From assembly GCF_009914755.1 (NCBI RefSeq), contig NC_060925.1: a stretch of DNA of 64,000 nt; one strand, written 5' to 3'. Both the position numbers and the translations under genes were made by a program. Positions 53,696 to 64,000 of the stretch are shown piece after piece (the stretch's first letter is position 1; each line of letters begins with the position of its first letter). The stretch comes from the human T2T-CHM13v2.0 reference genome, Homo sapiens. Below the pieces are notes generated by a model, which was not told the DNA's origin, did not search any database, and saw only the letters and a list, made by a program, of their open reading frames with translations.

Positions 53696-56504
53696 TCAGC
53701 TTTTAAAATCAATCATGTGGGAGCATGAACTAGATAATCTCTGGGTTCCCTTCCAACTTAAGATCAATAATTCACCTATCCAGTGATAAAATGGGGAGGA
53801 TAAATGTGGGATCTTAGTGGAAAGCATAGAATGCTTAAAGTCTGTGTAAGGATATGAGAGAGGAAATATTTTTCCCTGAAGACCAGTCTCCATGTGAAGG
53901 CGAATACTAGGTTGTTTTCTGCACATCAGTAGTTCTATGGCTTTCCATTGTTGAAATTTCTTAATCTGAAATGCAACATCCTCCCTGCCCGCCTCCTCTG
54001 GCCTTTTCCATTCCTCCATTCATCATTTTTGTATATATTCTCTATCTCCTTCCCAGTTGAATTCTTCACTCCTTTAAAAATATATCCTATACTTTCCCAT
54101 CCATGCTTGGCTTTTGTGGTACTCACAACTGGATTGTTCTACCTTCCATTTTCACCTAACAAATCCTGGTCATGCTTTAAGCTCTAACTCAAAAACTACC
54201 TTCTCCATAAAGCTTTCCCTGCTGGTACTTCTCTCCTAGAAGTGACTGAGCTGTTCTTCTTTGGAACCTCCCTTGTTACGTATCCTTCTTCGAGCATAAG
54301 TCTTTATCTACCTTATATGCTATCTGTGCATATCTCATTCCTCATACTGGGAACAGAGATGTTATAGGAAACTGAACTGAGTAGTTCCTGAGTTTAGACT
54401 ATAACCCGAAGGACATCTTATATTAGCTTGCTTACCTAACATCTTGTCTTCTTGTTATTATTTTTCCTGTTACTAGAGTGCAGCAAAAGTAAAAAGGTAG
54501 TTTCCTGATAGCGTATATTCTCAGGAGTCCTTCCTGTAGAATATTCATGGTGATAAGATTCAGGAGAGCAGGTGCTATGAAATTAGCTGTGCTCTTTCAT
54601 AGGAGTCTTGCATGAGCTTGATGGTTGGCCAAAGCAACAAAGGCTGAGGGAGACAAATTGATTTGGTGGGAGTCACATGTCTAATTAGGGGATCCAGCAC
54701 AGTAGGTTTTGTTCCCTCTCCTCTCCAATACACACTGCTTCAGAGTCCACCCCCCAAAATTGCTTAAGGCTGCTATGATCCCCGAGGCAAAAGTATCTTC
54801 TGAATGAAGAAAACACTGATTTGATTTGTTTCTTCACAAGTTATACTCCCAGATGGTGCCTCCAGACTCACAGAATCTCAATAACATTTTATTTCCTTTC
54901 AGGCCATGGCTGATTTGCAGTGCTTTTCCATTTATAATTTTGAAGCTGAATACCTTTATGACTTTTCTGTTTCCTTTTTCTTTCAACTTGGAGCTGGAAT
55001 TAAACTGAAGAATTTAGAAAAAAATAGTTGTAAGCCGTTAAGGGGAGATTGTAAAGACGTACAAACAAAAGGTCTGAAGAAGGAAAGAAAAAAGAAGAAA
55101 ATTGGAGGGGTTGGAAGAAAAGTGGGGAATCTGGCCAACATTACTCAGTACTACATGAGCCAGAGCTTTACTAACTACTTGTCTATGATGCCTCATTTCA
55201 TCTTATGACAGACCAGAAAAATTAAATAATATGTCCAAGATCCCATAATAAACAAATTGTGGGAAAGGGCTTTGGATTGAAGACTGTTTAACCTCAGGAC
55301 CTATGCTCTTTTAACCACAACTTGCTGGGGGGATGCTGAATAACACAAAGGCTGAATGCAGATCAAGTAAGGGACGGATTGGAAGGCAGAGGGAGACGAA
55401 TAGGTTTATCTTCTTATTCTCCCAGTTAGAACAGAGTGCCTGAGCTGGCGGGCACATTGAAGCATCCTCTGATTTCCAGCTTGTGTGCTGAAAACCAAGA
55501 GAAAAACAACCCGTGAGGCTTTCAGGAATTTAATTCAGATGATATGCTTCTTTCTTTCCATTTTCTTTGGATTTCATGAGCCTCTAAACAGTTGTACTGG
55601 TCTCAAAGTTCTGTTTCAAGTACCCTCCTCTTCCCCTCTTGATTCCCTCCCCACCAAGGATGACACATTTACTTCTGAAAACCTTAAGCAGAAATCTACT
55701 CCAATTGGGTCATTGAGGTCAGAGTTCCTAGACAAAAAGGTAATGAAGAGAGATGTCTCAGCAGAAAATAAGGACTGGAGTCAACCCTGGGCCTCAGTTA
55801 CTTGGGTGATCATCTCAGATTCCTGATGTCCTCATAATACACACACCACAACTCATTCCAGCATTACTTAGCTGCCTGAAGTTTAAACTATGAGATTATT
55901 ATTATTATTCACTTTCTGGGATCAGAAGAATAAGAGGTAAAGAAAGACAATGGTAGTCTTATTTGCTCATTTATTTATTCACTCAACATCTCTGCTATGC
56001 TGTGGGGGAAAAACAAATGCAGAATGTGCACAGTCTCCACTTTTGAGGAGATTAAAGTGCTGTAGACACTGACCCAAGATTTGAGAGTAATAAGGCAGAT
56101 TTAAGGCAGTGGAATGAATATGGACAAGTACCTAAACACAGTGTAGAAAACAGGTATTAAAATTATCAGGAAGAGAAGAGGGTAGAGTGGGTTAAATGAG
56201 AGGCAAAATTAGGTGGTTGAAGGAGCACAGAGAGGGGCTTGAAGGTTTCCATTTCCCCTCCCAGAGCACAGGGACTTGGACACCAGACTGGGGCTGTTGG
56301 ATGGGATGTCCCTGGAGCCTCAGTGACATTTGCCTGCGAGCTGACTTCAACGAATGAAACAGAGGGGAATGATTAAGAGGTGGTGTCCAGAGACAAAACC
56401 AAAGCCAGAGGAAGGCAGACAGTCTACCCAGTGATTGGAGAGGGACGCATGGAAGGGAGTCACCATGGCGACTGGGCCAATGCCTGATGGTCCTTCTCAG
56501 AGGC

Positions 56505-56765
56505 CGCATAGTGAGGTGTTCAAGCAGTTTCTGAAGCCAGGTTTACTGGCTTTCAATCCTGACTTCATGGCTTACTCTCTGAGAGACCCAGAGACAGTTA
56601 CTTGACCTTCTTGTTTTACAATTTCCTCATGTTTAAAACGTCATTGATTATTATGGTACCCACCTAGGATACCATACCATCCTAGGAGTAGATTGTACAA
56701 TTGAGTTAGTGTGGGTAAAGTGCTATGAATAGTTTCTGGCACATTGTAAGTGGTTAAAAACTGCT
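56505..56765 (+). mobile_element. MIR SINE
   Basis: GCATAGTG...TTACTTGACCTTCTTG...TTTCCTCATGTTTAAAA...AAAGTGCT...CTGGCACA. Confidence 0.6.
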
Positions 56766-58289
56766 ATTTATTATTAGTTATTAGTAGTTAAGGCCACTTC
56801 TCTAAATTCAATTTGGGCTACTAGTAACATTTTGAGAATGATTTTCAAGTCTCATCCTTATCAATCTCTTTGTCAACAGGCACTGCCATTCCTCAGCCCA
56901 TTCCAGACAGAGCAGAAGAGAGAAAAGAAGAAATAAAGCAAAAGAAACAAGAGAGAGTAAAAGAAGCTCCCATGGTTTTTCTCTGAGAATTTCACTGGGG
57001 ATCTAATTTTAAAGAAGGGGACATGAAGATTGAAGAAAGAACACATAATTTCAACCATTTTGTTAAATGAAATTTGTTGGCTCTATAAAAACGCTTCTGT
57101 TTTGGTTATGTCCTCTAGTTTTCCCTGGTTTTCCTTACAAAGAATAATAATTCTGTTCTGTCCTCTCCATCCCAGACTCTAAATATTCTTTTTTTTTCTC
57201 GTCCATGAAAGCAAAACTCCTAGGCTACATCCCGTGTAACTCCAGCAATGTGAGCAAGCTTTTGTTCCCAGTATTGGCAGCATTTCCCCCGTCGTTTGTC
57301 CCCCTGCCTGTCTGCAGGTCTCGGAGCAGCTCTGCTGTCGGAGATCGCAGGGAGTTGGTGGATTCAAGCCATGGGGCTTCTTTTATGAGCCAAGTGCAGA
57401 GAAAGGAGCTTTTCATATGCTCCAGCCTGCAGTCAGGTACTCCCTGGTGGGCTTCTCACAAAGCCTAGGCCCTGGAGCTCTTCCCTGGAGTTTGCATTTG
57501 TTTCCTTATAGGGCACGTTCCTGGCGATGGGTAGGAGGAAATGGCAGCCCAAATAAGCAGCTCCCTCTGCAGCCACTCTGGGCTGGTTCCCTGCTCAGCC
57601 CATAGAAGTCACTGGTTTGACCCAGTCCTCCCTAAAGCCAGCCTGAGTTCTTTATTAGTGAGCATGAAAAATGCTTCAATCATAGCACCAGATGGTACCC
57701 AAACCAATTTGGATTGTCAGCTGAGGCCTACTCATTTCCAAGGGCTTGGTCTAACATCAGTGTTATTTCCCTCAGTGCCCATCTAGCCCTAAAAGATGAT
57801 CTTGCTCAGATGATTTTGATGAGAAATAATATTTTACTCTACACAGGACCACAGTCATTACTTCTTTCCATCTTTATTAATTCATTCAACAAGCTTTTAT
57901 TGAGTGCCTGCTGTGTGCACTAAGCATTTTAGGGCATACCAAAGAGAAATTCTTTTCTGTATAATAGATATTTGTTGAGAATCTACTATGTATGTGGCAA
58001 ACATGATACTAGATAATGGACATATAAGTCACTAAGAAGAGGTACTTTCCATTACTCATAGACGTAGAGAGATGAAGAGTGCAGTTACACAACGGGTACT
58101 GGGAAAGACAAGTAACCCAATGTCCTGTCTTACCCGCTTTCAATTTTGCTACTTGAACTATAAACAAAATTTAATTTGGTTCTCTATTCTCTCAATCTTC
58201 CTAAAAAGAATTTGCCAATAACATTAATATACCACTTAGGCAGGAAGGATGCTGGAAAGAGTCACTGATTCTGTTCTCTTCTACCTTAC

Positions 58290-58432
58290 CACTCAAGGAA
58301 TGGTCAATGCACTGTCAATGGCATCTCCTGGGAACTTGTTAGAAGTTCAGGTCCCACTCCAGACCTGATGGATTAGAATCTGCAGTTTTAATAAGATCCA
58401 CAGGTGATTTATCTGCCCGGGGAAGTACTGCT
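58290..58432. mobile_element. MER5A1-like hAT MITE
   Basis: GGCATCTCCTGGGAACTTGTTAGAA...AGAATCTGCAGTTTTAATAAGATCC. Confidence 0.65.
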
Positions 58433-58915
58433 CTGCTAGTTATTTGTGCCTGAGGTATTCCAACAATGATGGTGGGCTCAGTGAAAGATCACCACATTTA
58501 TTTTTTCAGTGAATATTTATTGAGACCAACAACTCAGTATCTGCTAGTTACATAATCACTTTATTTTTTTAAAAAAAGGTGCGGCCATTCCTTACACATG
58601 AGTCACTGAGTTTTGGACTATGTAACCTTGACATGAGTGCCACTGTTGATTGGACAGAGATCCGGATTTAAACCAAAAGCAGCCATTGATGAGCCAGTGA
58701 CCTTCACAGTATTCTGGCCAGAAAACTCTCTGAAGCATGGTTGCATTGTATTTTGCATAAATAACTTAGAGGCATTTTCCTAGGGAATTCAAAAACTCGA
58801 TAGGATTGATGTTCACCATAAGTAGAGTTAGAGAGACTTAAAAAGAAGCAAGCAGGAACCATCAGGTTGAGAGTAGATAGAGAATAGGAGAAAAAATTTC
58901 AGGTCCATATCACTG

Positions 58916-58918
<3 letters not shown>

Positions 58919-58962
<44 letters not shown>
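58919..58962. repeat. (TG)~22 microsatellite replacing an Alu tail
   Basis: Read directly; abuts the Alu 3' end. Confidence 0.92.
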
Positions 58963-58963
<1 letters not shown>

Positions 58964-59238
58964 CTGAGTCTCACTCTATCGCCCAGGCTGGAGTGTAGTG
59001 GCGTGATCTTGGGTCACTGCAACCTCGCCTCCTGGGTTCAAGTTATTTTTGTGCCGCAGCCTCCTGAGTAGCTGGGATTACAGGCGCCTGCCTCCACACG
59101 CAGCTAATTTTGGTATTTTTAGTAGAGACGGGCTTTCACCATGTTGGCCAGGATGGTCTGGAGCTCCTGACCTCAGATGATCTGCCCGCCTCCGCCTCCC
59201 AAAGTTCTGGGATTACAGGCATGAGCCACTGCGCCAGG
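58963..59238 (-). mobile_element. AluS
   Basis: Reverse Alu dimer. Confidence 0.88.
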
Positions 59239-59990
59239 CAAGTATGAGCATTTTTAAGGGTTCACTTAGAAAATTACTGGGAACTTCATATACATGTCAC
59301 CATTAGTCTTCAGAGCACCACTGAAAGGCAAATGTTCCAAATGTATGTTTTCAGTGGGCAATGTAGACTCAGAAAATAGAGGTAATTTGCCTATGATCAC
59401 TCAACTGTAGAAACATCAGAATTTGAACCCAGTTCTAACATGTTTGAAAGCCCAGACGTGCATTTTTTCATGTTATCTTCTTTCAGCTTATTGCCTGCCG
59501 TTTTTTTTTTTTTCTTCTTCTTCATTCCAGTCCTTTCTGGGAGTATTCTGTGGCTATTCAGGTTCCAGGGCAAAACTATGGGCACAACTTGCTCTCCAGA
59601 GTGACATAAAGGAAGTGGTTCAGTGCCCTTGTGAGGCTCAGGAGAGCTACTTCTGCACCTACCACCATAAGAAGGTGCTGGGGGAATTATGAGATGAATC
59701 CTGGCTTGCTCCTTTCTTTAAGGAGCTTATAATCTTTTTGATGAAAAGAAGTCTGAATTTTTTTTTAAAATGATTATGTAAGTTAGTGTGTTTGAGGATT
59801 TATAAACTTAAGGCAGGTGGTAGGATTTTAGTGAGGCCTTAGAAAGACTTGAGATACATGAAGAGGAGGGGCCATGCCAGTCTGGGGCTACAGTGTGAGC
59901 AAAGGCAGGAAAGAACCTGTTGAGGTATGAGATGGAAAAGTAAATCATCTGCTCCTATTTCTCAAAAAACATCTAATTCAGGCTCAGTGA

Positions 59991-60472
59991 ATGCATGCTA
60001 TATGAAGAATATATGCATGGTATGTGAAGAATATATGCATGGTGTGTGAAGAATATATGCATGCTATATGAAGAATATACACATGCTATATGAAGAATAT
60101 ACACATGCAATGTGAAGAATATACACAAGCTATATGAAGAATATACAAATTCTATATGAAGAATATATGCATGGTATGTGAAGAATATATGCATGCCATA
60201 TGAAGAATACATGTGTGCTATGTGAAGAATATACACATGCTATATGAAGAACATATGCATGCTATGCAAAGAATACATGCATGCTATGTGAAGAATACAT
60301 GCATGCTATGTGAAGAATATATGCATGCTATGTGAAGAATATACACATGCTATGTGAAGAACATATGCATGCTATATGAAGAATATATGCATAGTATGTG
60401 AAGAATATATGCATGCTACATGAACAATATATGCATGGTATGTGAAGAATATACATATGTTATATGAAGAAT
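59991..60472. repeat. Minisatellite/VNTR, 22-bp unit x ~22 (consensus ATGCATGCTATRTGAAGAATAT)
   Basis: The GAAGAA anchor recurs every 22 nt from 60004 to 60466. Confidence 0.95.
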
Positions 60473-60784
60473 CTGTAGGTCCAGTCGGTGACTGGAGAGA
60501 GACTTATGGGTCAGAGTGAGACTTGTGAAGAACCTGAATCATGATAGAAAAACAAAAATCAATGGGTTGATAGGTGTGGACTGGCAGGAGGTGTATGTGA
60601 GTCAGAAGGAGTGCCTCAAATTGTGTCTACACTCAGGAGACTGGGTGGACTAGGAAGTAGGTTGATGAAAGTCACCTCTCCTTTTCACCACTGTTAGGAA
60701 GGGGAGGGGTCTAGTGGTTAATCACTTCATAGGTTTATTCTTGGAGAAGATGGGGGTTCTACCATGTGAAATGTGTCAAAATCT

Positions 60785-61115
60785 AATTATATGTGCCAAA
60801 GACTATTTGTGCTCAACAAATATCCATTGCTCCCTATATTTCTTGGTTTCGAGGAGGTGCTTGAGTTTTGTCCAGTGGGCTGCAGTCGGAAGTCATGTAA
60901 CTCTCTTCTGAGCCTGACCCATAAAGCATCCCATTCATCCTTCAACTCTTTCGTGCCCTTCTTTAATAATTTGGAGGTCACATGTTCCAGATAGTGTAGC
61001 TGTGGAATGGAAGGCTGCCTCTTGAGCATTGGGTTTGAAATATTCATGCTGAGCTGCTGAAAGTTTGGAGTTTGGTGGTTGTCACAAAGAGTTCCAGCCT
61101 TCTCTGACTAATACA
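60785..61115 (+). mobile_element. MLT1-family LTR fragment
   Basis: TGTGCCAAAGACTATTTG...AGCCTGACCCATAAA...GTTTGGAGTTTGGTGGTTG...CTGACTAATACA. Confidence 0.5.
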
Positions 61116-61125
61116 GATGTGGTTT

Positions 61126-61431
61126 TTGTTGTTGTTGTTGTTGTTGTTGTTTTAGACAGAGTCTCGCTCTGTTGCCCAGGCTGGAGTGCAGTGGCGCGAT
61201 CTCGGCTCACTGCAAGCTCCTCTCCCGGGTTCACGCCATTCTCCTGCCTCAGCCTCCCGAGTAGCTGGGACTACAGGTGCTCGCCACGACGCCCGGCTAA
61301 TTTTTTGTATTTTTAGTAGAGACAGGGTTTCACCGTGTTAGGCAGGATGGTCTCGATCTCCTGACCTTGTGATGCACCTGCCTCGGCCTCCCAAAGTGCT
61401 GGGATTACAGGCGTGAGCCACCGCACCCGGA
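61126..61431 (-). mobile_element. AluY with (GTT)n tail
   Basis: GCAAGCTCC, TTCACGCCATTC and CACCGTGTTAG diagnostics. Confidence 0.9.
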
Positions 61432-62689
61432 CTATTTTTGTGTTTATGATTGCCTAACACATAGTAAATGCTTGTAAATATTTGCTCAGTGAACAAATAA
61501 ATCATTATATTATTTGCTGAGACTGGCTTGGTATGATTATTTTTTCATCTTAATTTTCTACTCTTCGAGAGCCTAGTGTGTGTTGGACTCTTTCCCCTTC
61601 AAAGGTCTTGATGTCATTATTTTCCTGGACTTGGCTGAATGTTTGAGAGAAGGCTGGGGAGAGTGGAAGGTGTAAGGGTGATTTTCCCCTGCCCTTGCCC
61701 CTACTAGGGATCATTACAGGGACCTTCATCCTCTGGGAAAAACTCTGCTAAAGTAACCAGATCAGTCAACCAAAAGGAGGGCTTGCCCATTTAAAGACTG
61801 AAAATTCAGGAAAATCTTTTAGAAAAATATCACAGATCTCAGCAATCCACACATCATTTTCTTTGCCTAACATATTCACCAACCAATTCTGTCAAAACCT
61901 CTCAGTTTGAAAGAGATCAGTTCTGTGTTATACCCAACATTCCTGATGTCCTTGAGGCTCTGATTTGTAATAAAAAAGTGTAATATCACTCAGGGTTATC
62001 TGGATTCTGGGCAGAGAAAAGGACTCCTGCTGGGTGGCCCCCTTTTCTCTTTCCTTACATGTAAATTTTACCCACTTAGCCCCTCAATTGGAACAAGATG
62101 AGGATTTGTTTGGTTTGCAATTAACAGCTGAGTGAAACCTTCTAGAACTGCAGGCTTTGGGGACACACATTTCCCACCAGGCCTCCACTCCCTTTGTCCT
62201 TTCTGCTAAACACTGCTAACCCATACACCTGCTGAGAAATCAGACTCCCCATAAGGTCTATTTCAAAACCACGACCTAATTTGTTTTTGAACTTCAAAAT
62301 GATAATATGTAATAGTAAAATGGATTTTTGTTTATAGAGAAGTATTTGAAGAGCCTAGGGACACATCCATGATAAAAGTGCACCGTTTGCTAATTAATAC
62401 ATGTCCCAATTTGAGCTCCAGCAGAGAATTTGTATATTTAGTCTGAAGAAAACTCATTTGCCAAAATCTGATCATTTATTCCAGAGTGCACTCACAGTGA
62501 CTCCACAGTATTAGACTTGTGTAAAGCTGTTTACCACTCATAGATATTTAAGACTTTTAAAAAATATATACAGTAAATGCCTCATTATTGAGGGGGAAAT
62601 AAAAACAATCAAATTTATGAAAGAACCACTAAACAGTGTCATACAGGTGGGACAGGACTGTAGAAAGGGCTGGGCAACCGAAGAACACC

Positions 62690-62825
62690 CAGACTGTAGC
62701 TGCTGCTCTACCACTGACGAGCTGTGTGATCTTGGGCAAGTCCCACAGTAGTTTTGATTGTCTACTTCTGTAAAATTGATTAGTTCCACCAATTTGTCTC
62801 TGAGCTCTTTTCTAGTTCTAACAAT
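62690..62825 (+). mobile_element. MIR SINE fragment
   Basis: CTCTACCACTGACGAGCTGTGTGATCTTGGGCAAGTC...TCTGTAAAAT. Confidence 0.65.
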
Positions 62826-64000
62826 CTAAAAAGTTTTTGGAAAGCTTTAAAAAACTAAAGCAATAGTATAATTGGACAGCAGAGTGGAAGGAGGCCTGAT
62901 TGACTGGCTCCCCAGTTAGTCTATATTTGTGGAGTCATCGTGTATTAGAAGTTCATTTTCCTTTTTTGTTTCTCTGCCTTTCTCTCCCACCATCCCACTT
63001 TCACACAGAGTAGACCTGGTTGTAGGGACCTCTCGCTTGCTCCATTGTTCGTTTCAGTGGTCTGGAGAGTGGAGAAATCAGACACCAGGACTTGGGAATT
63101 AGAAGGAGTAGGATAAACATCAGACCTCATGGCCTGTTTCTGTCTGAAACTATTCATGGTAGGGGACTCAGGATGAAGTGCTGCTTGACTGACCACCCAG
63201 CCTTCATAGCATTGATTTTAGGAGCCAAACCCACTGATCCATAGTGCACTTTCTCTCAGGACCTCAGGGTGTGAGTGTCTCTGATTTTAGAAAGCAATGA
63301 CATTCCTGAGGCCCCTGGCCCAGAACCATCTTAATTCTGTTCAGTCTTACCATGACTTTTAAGAGAAAGGAGTTAGTTGGAAGCGCCAGGCTGACTTAAT
63401 TTCTGCCAAACTTGGGTTCAAATTTCCCGGGTTCACCTCACTGTGCCTTTAAAACCTAAGCAGGGAAAAAAGTCTAATTAGACTCCCAGCTTTCTTCACA
63501 GGGGCAGTCTAAAGCCTTTATCCATAAGTATGTCCTCCACGGACAAATACTGGGCCCCAAGGAAGGAGGAAGAACGTGTTTGTGGGCACGTCTGGCTCAG
63601 ATTAAGCTGTAGGTAGTATGGGCCTTGGAGCAGCGGGAGGCACTCTGTGTTGGGTAGGTGTAGTTTTCCGACAGCATCAGCATGGTGATCTCCATTTCTC
63701 ATCGAAATCCACCTTACCTGAAATAGGTCTGAATAGGTCCACTCTTCCAGCCTCTTCACTCCTGTGCTTGCCCTGTATCACCTGCTTCCTGCCTAGAATG
63801 AGAAACAGTGCTTCTGTTTTCCTTCCATCCACCAGGAGGGTTTGCCATAGAAATCATTTGAACCATTGGGAAACTCAGCCAAGTGGCACCACATGTGGCA
63901 GAATCTGTGCCTGTTTTTCTGCACAGTGGGGGTTTATACTTTTAGGGGGACTCCTGCCTGAGGCCCAACTTTCTCCCTCATGAAGCTGATATTTGGCAGG

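Noticed and set aside
59973-60472. Repetitive ORF, or possible CRISPR-like array
   Set aside because: Head-to-tail 22-bp minisatellite with no unique spacers, in eukaryotic DNA with no cas genes.

Overview
This is primate, almost certainly human, nuclear DNA. Positions 1-~13.0 kb hold the last five coding exons and 3' UTR of NUF2 (NDC80 kinetochore complex subunit, + strand). The exons at 664-801, 2942-3082, 5026-5201, 6208-6343 and 12601-12735 splice in frame through GT-AG introns to give 241 C-terminal coiled-coil residues ending ...KRKMFKMST*. The remaining ~51 kb is gene-free and repeat-rich: Alu J/S/Y, L1M, L2, MIR, MaLR solo LTRs, Tigger and hAT DNA transposons, and microsatellites. From my recall of human chr1q23.3, this is the start of the NUF2-PBX1 gene desert. 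Almost all other ORFs in the track are Alu, simple-repeat or chance ORFs. I found no convincing new coding gene, RNA gene or multi-component biological system. The most interesting signals are: (1) three repeat-free islands rich in PBX/HOX/MEIS/TCF motifs, at ~24.5-26.4, ~31.8-32.2 and ~46.6-47.9 kb (candidate long-range developmental enhancers), with a strong CTCF motif at 16.58 kb; (2) a 46-bp non-TE direct repeat flanking a weak, frame-preserving NUF2 exon; (3) a young AluYa5-like insertion; (4) an Alu-in-Alu structure with a recent 166-bp recombination duplication; (5) a perfectly phased 22 x 22-bp VNTR; (6) a PUM/CPE/alternative-polyadenylation arrangement in the NUF2 3' UTR. Repeat subfamily names come from recalled consensus sequences, and repeat boundaries are approximate unless TSDs are given.
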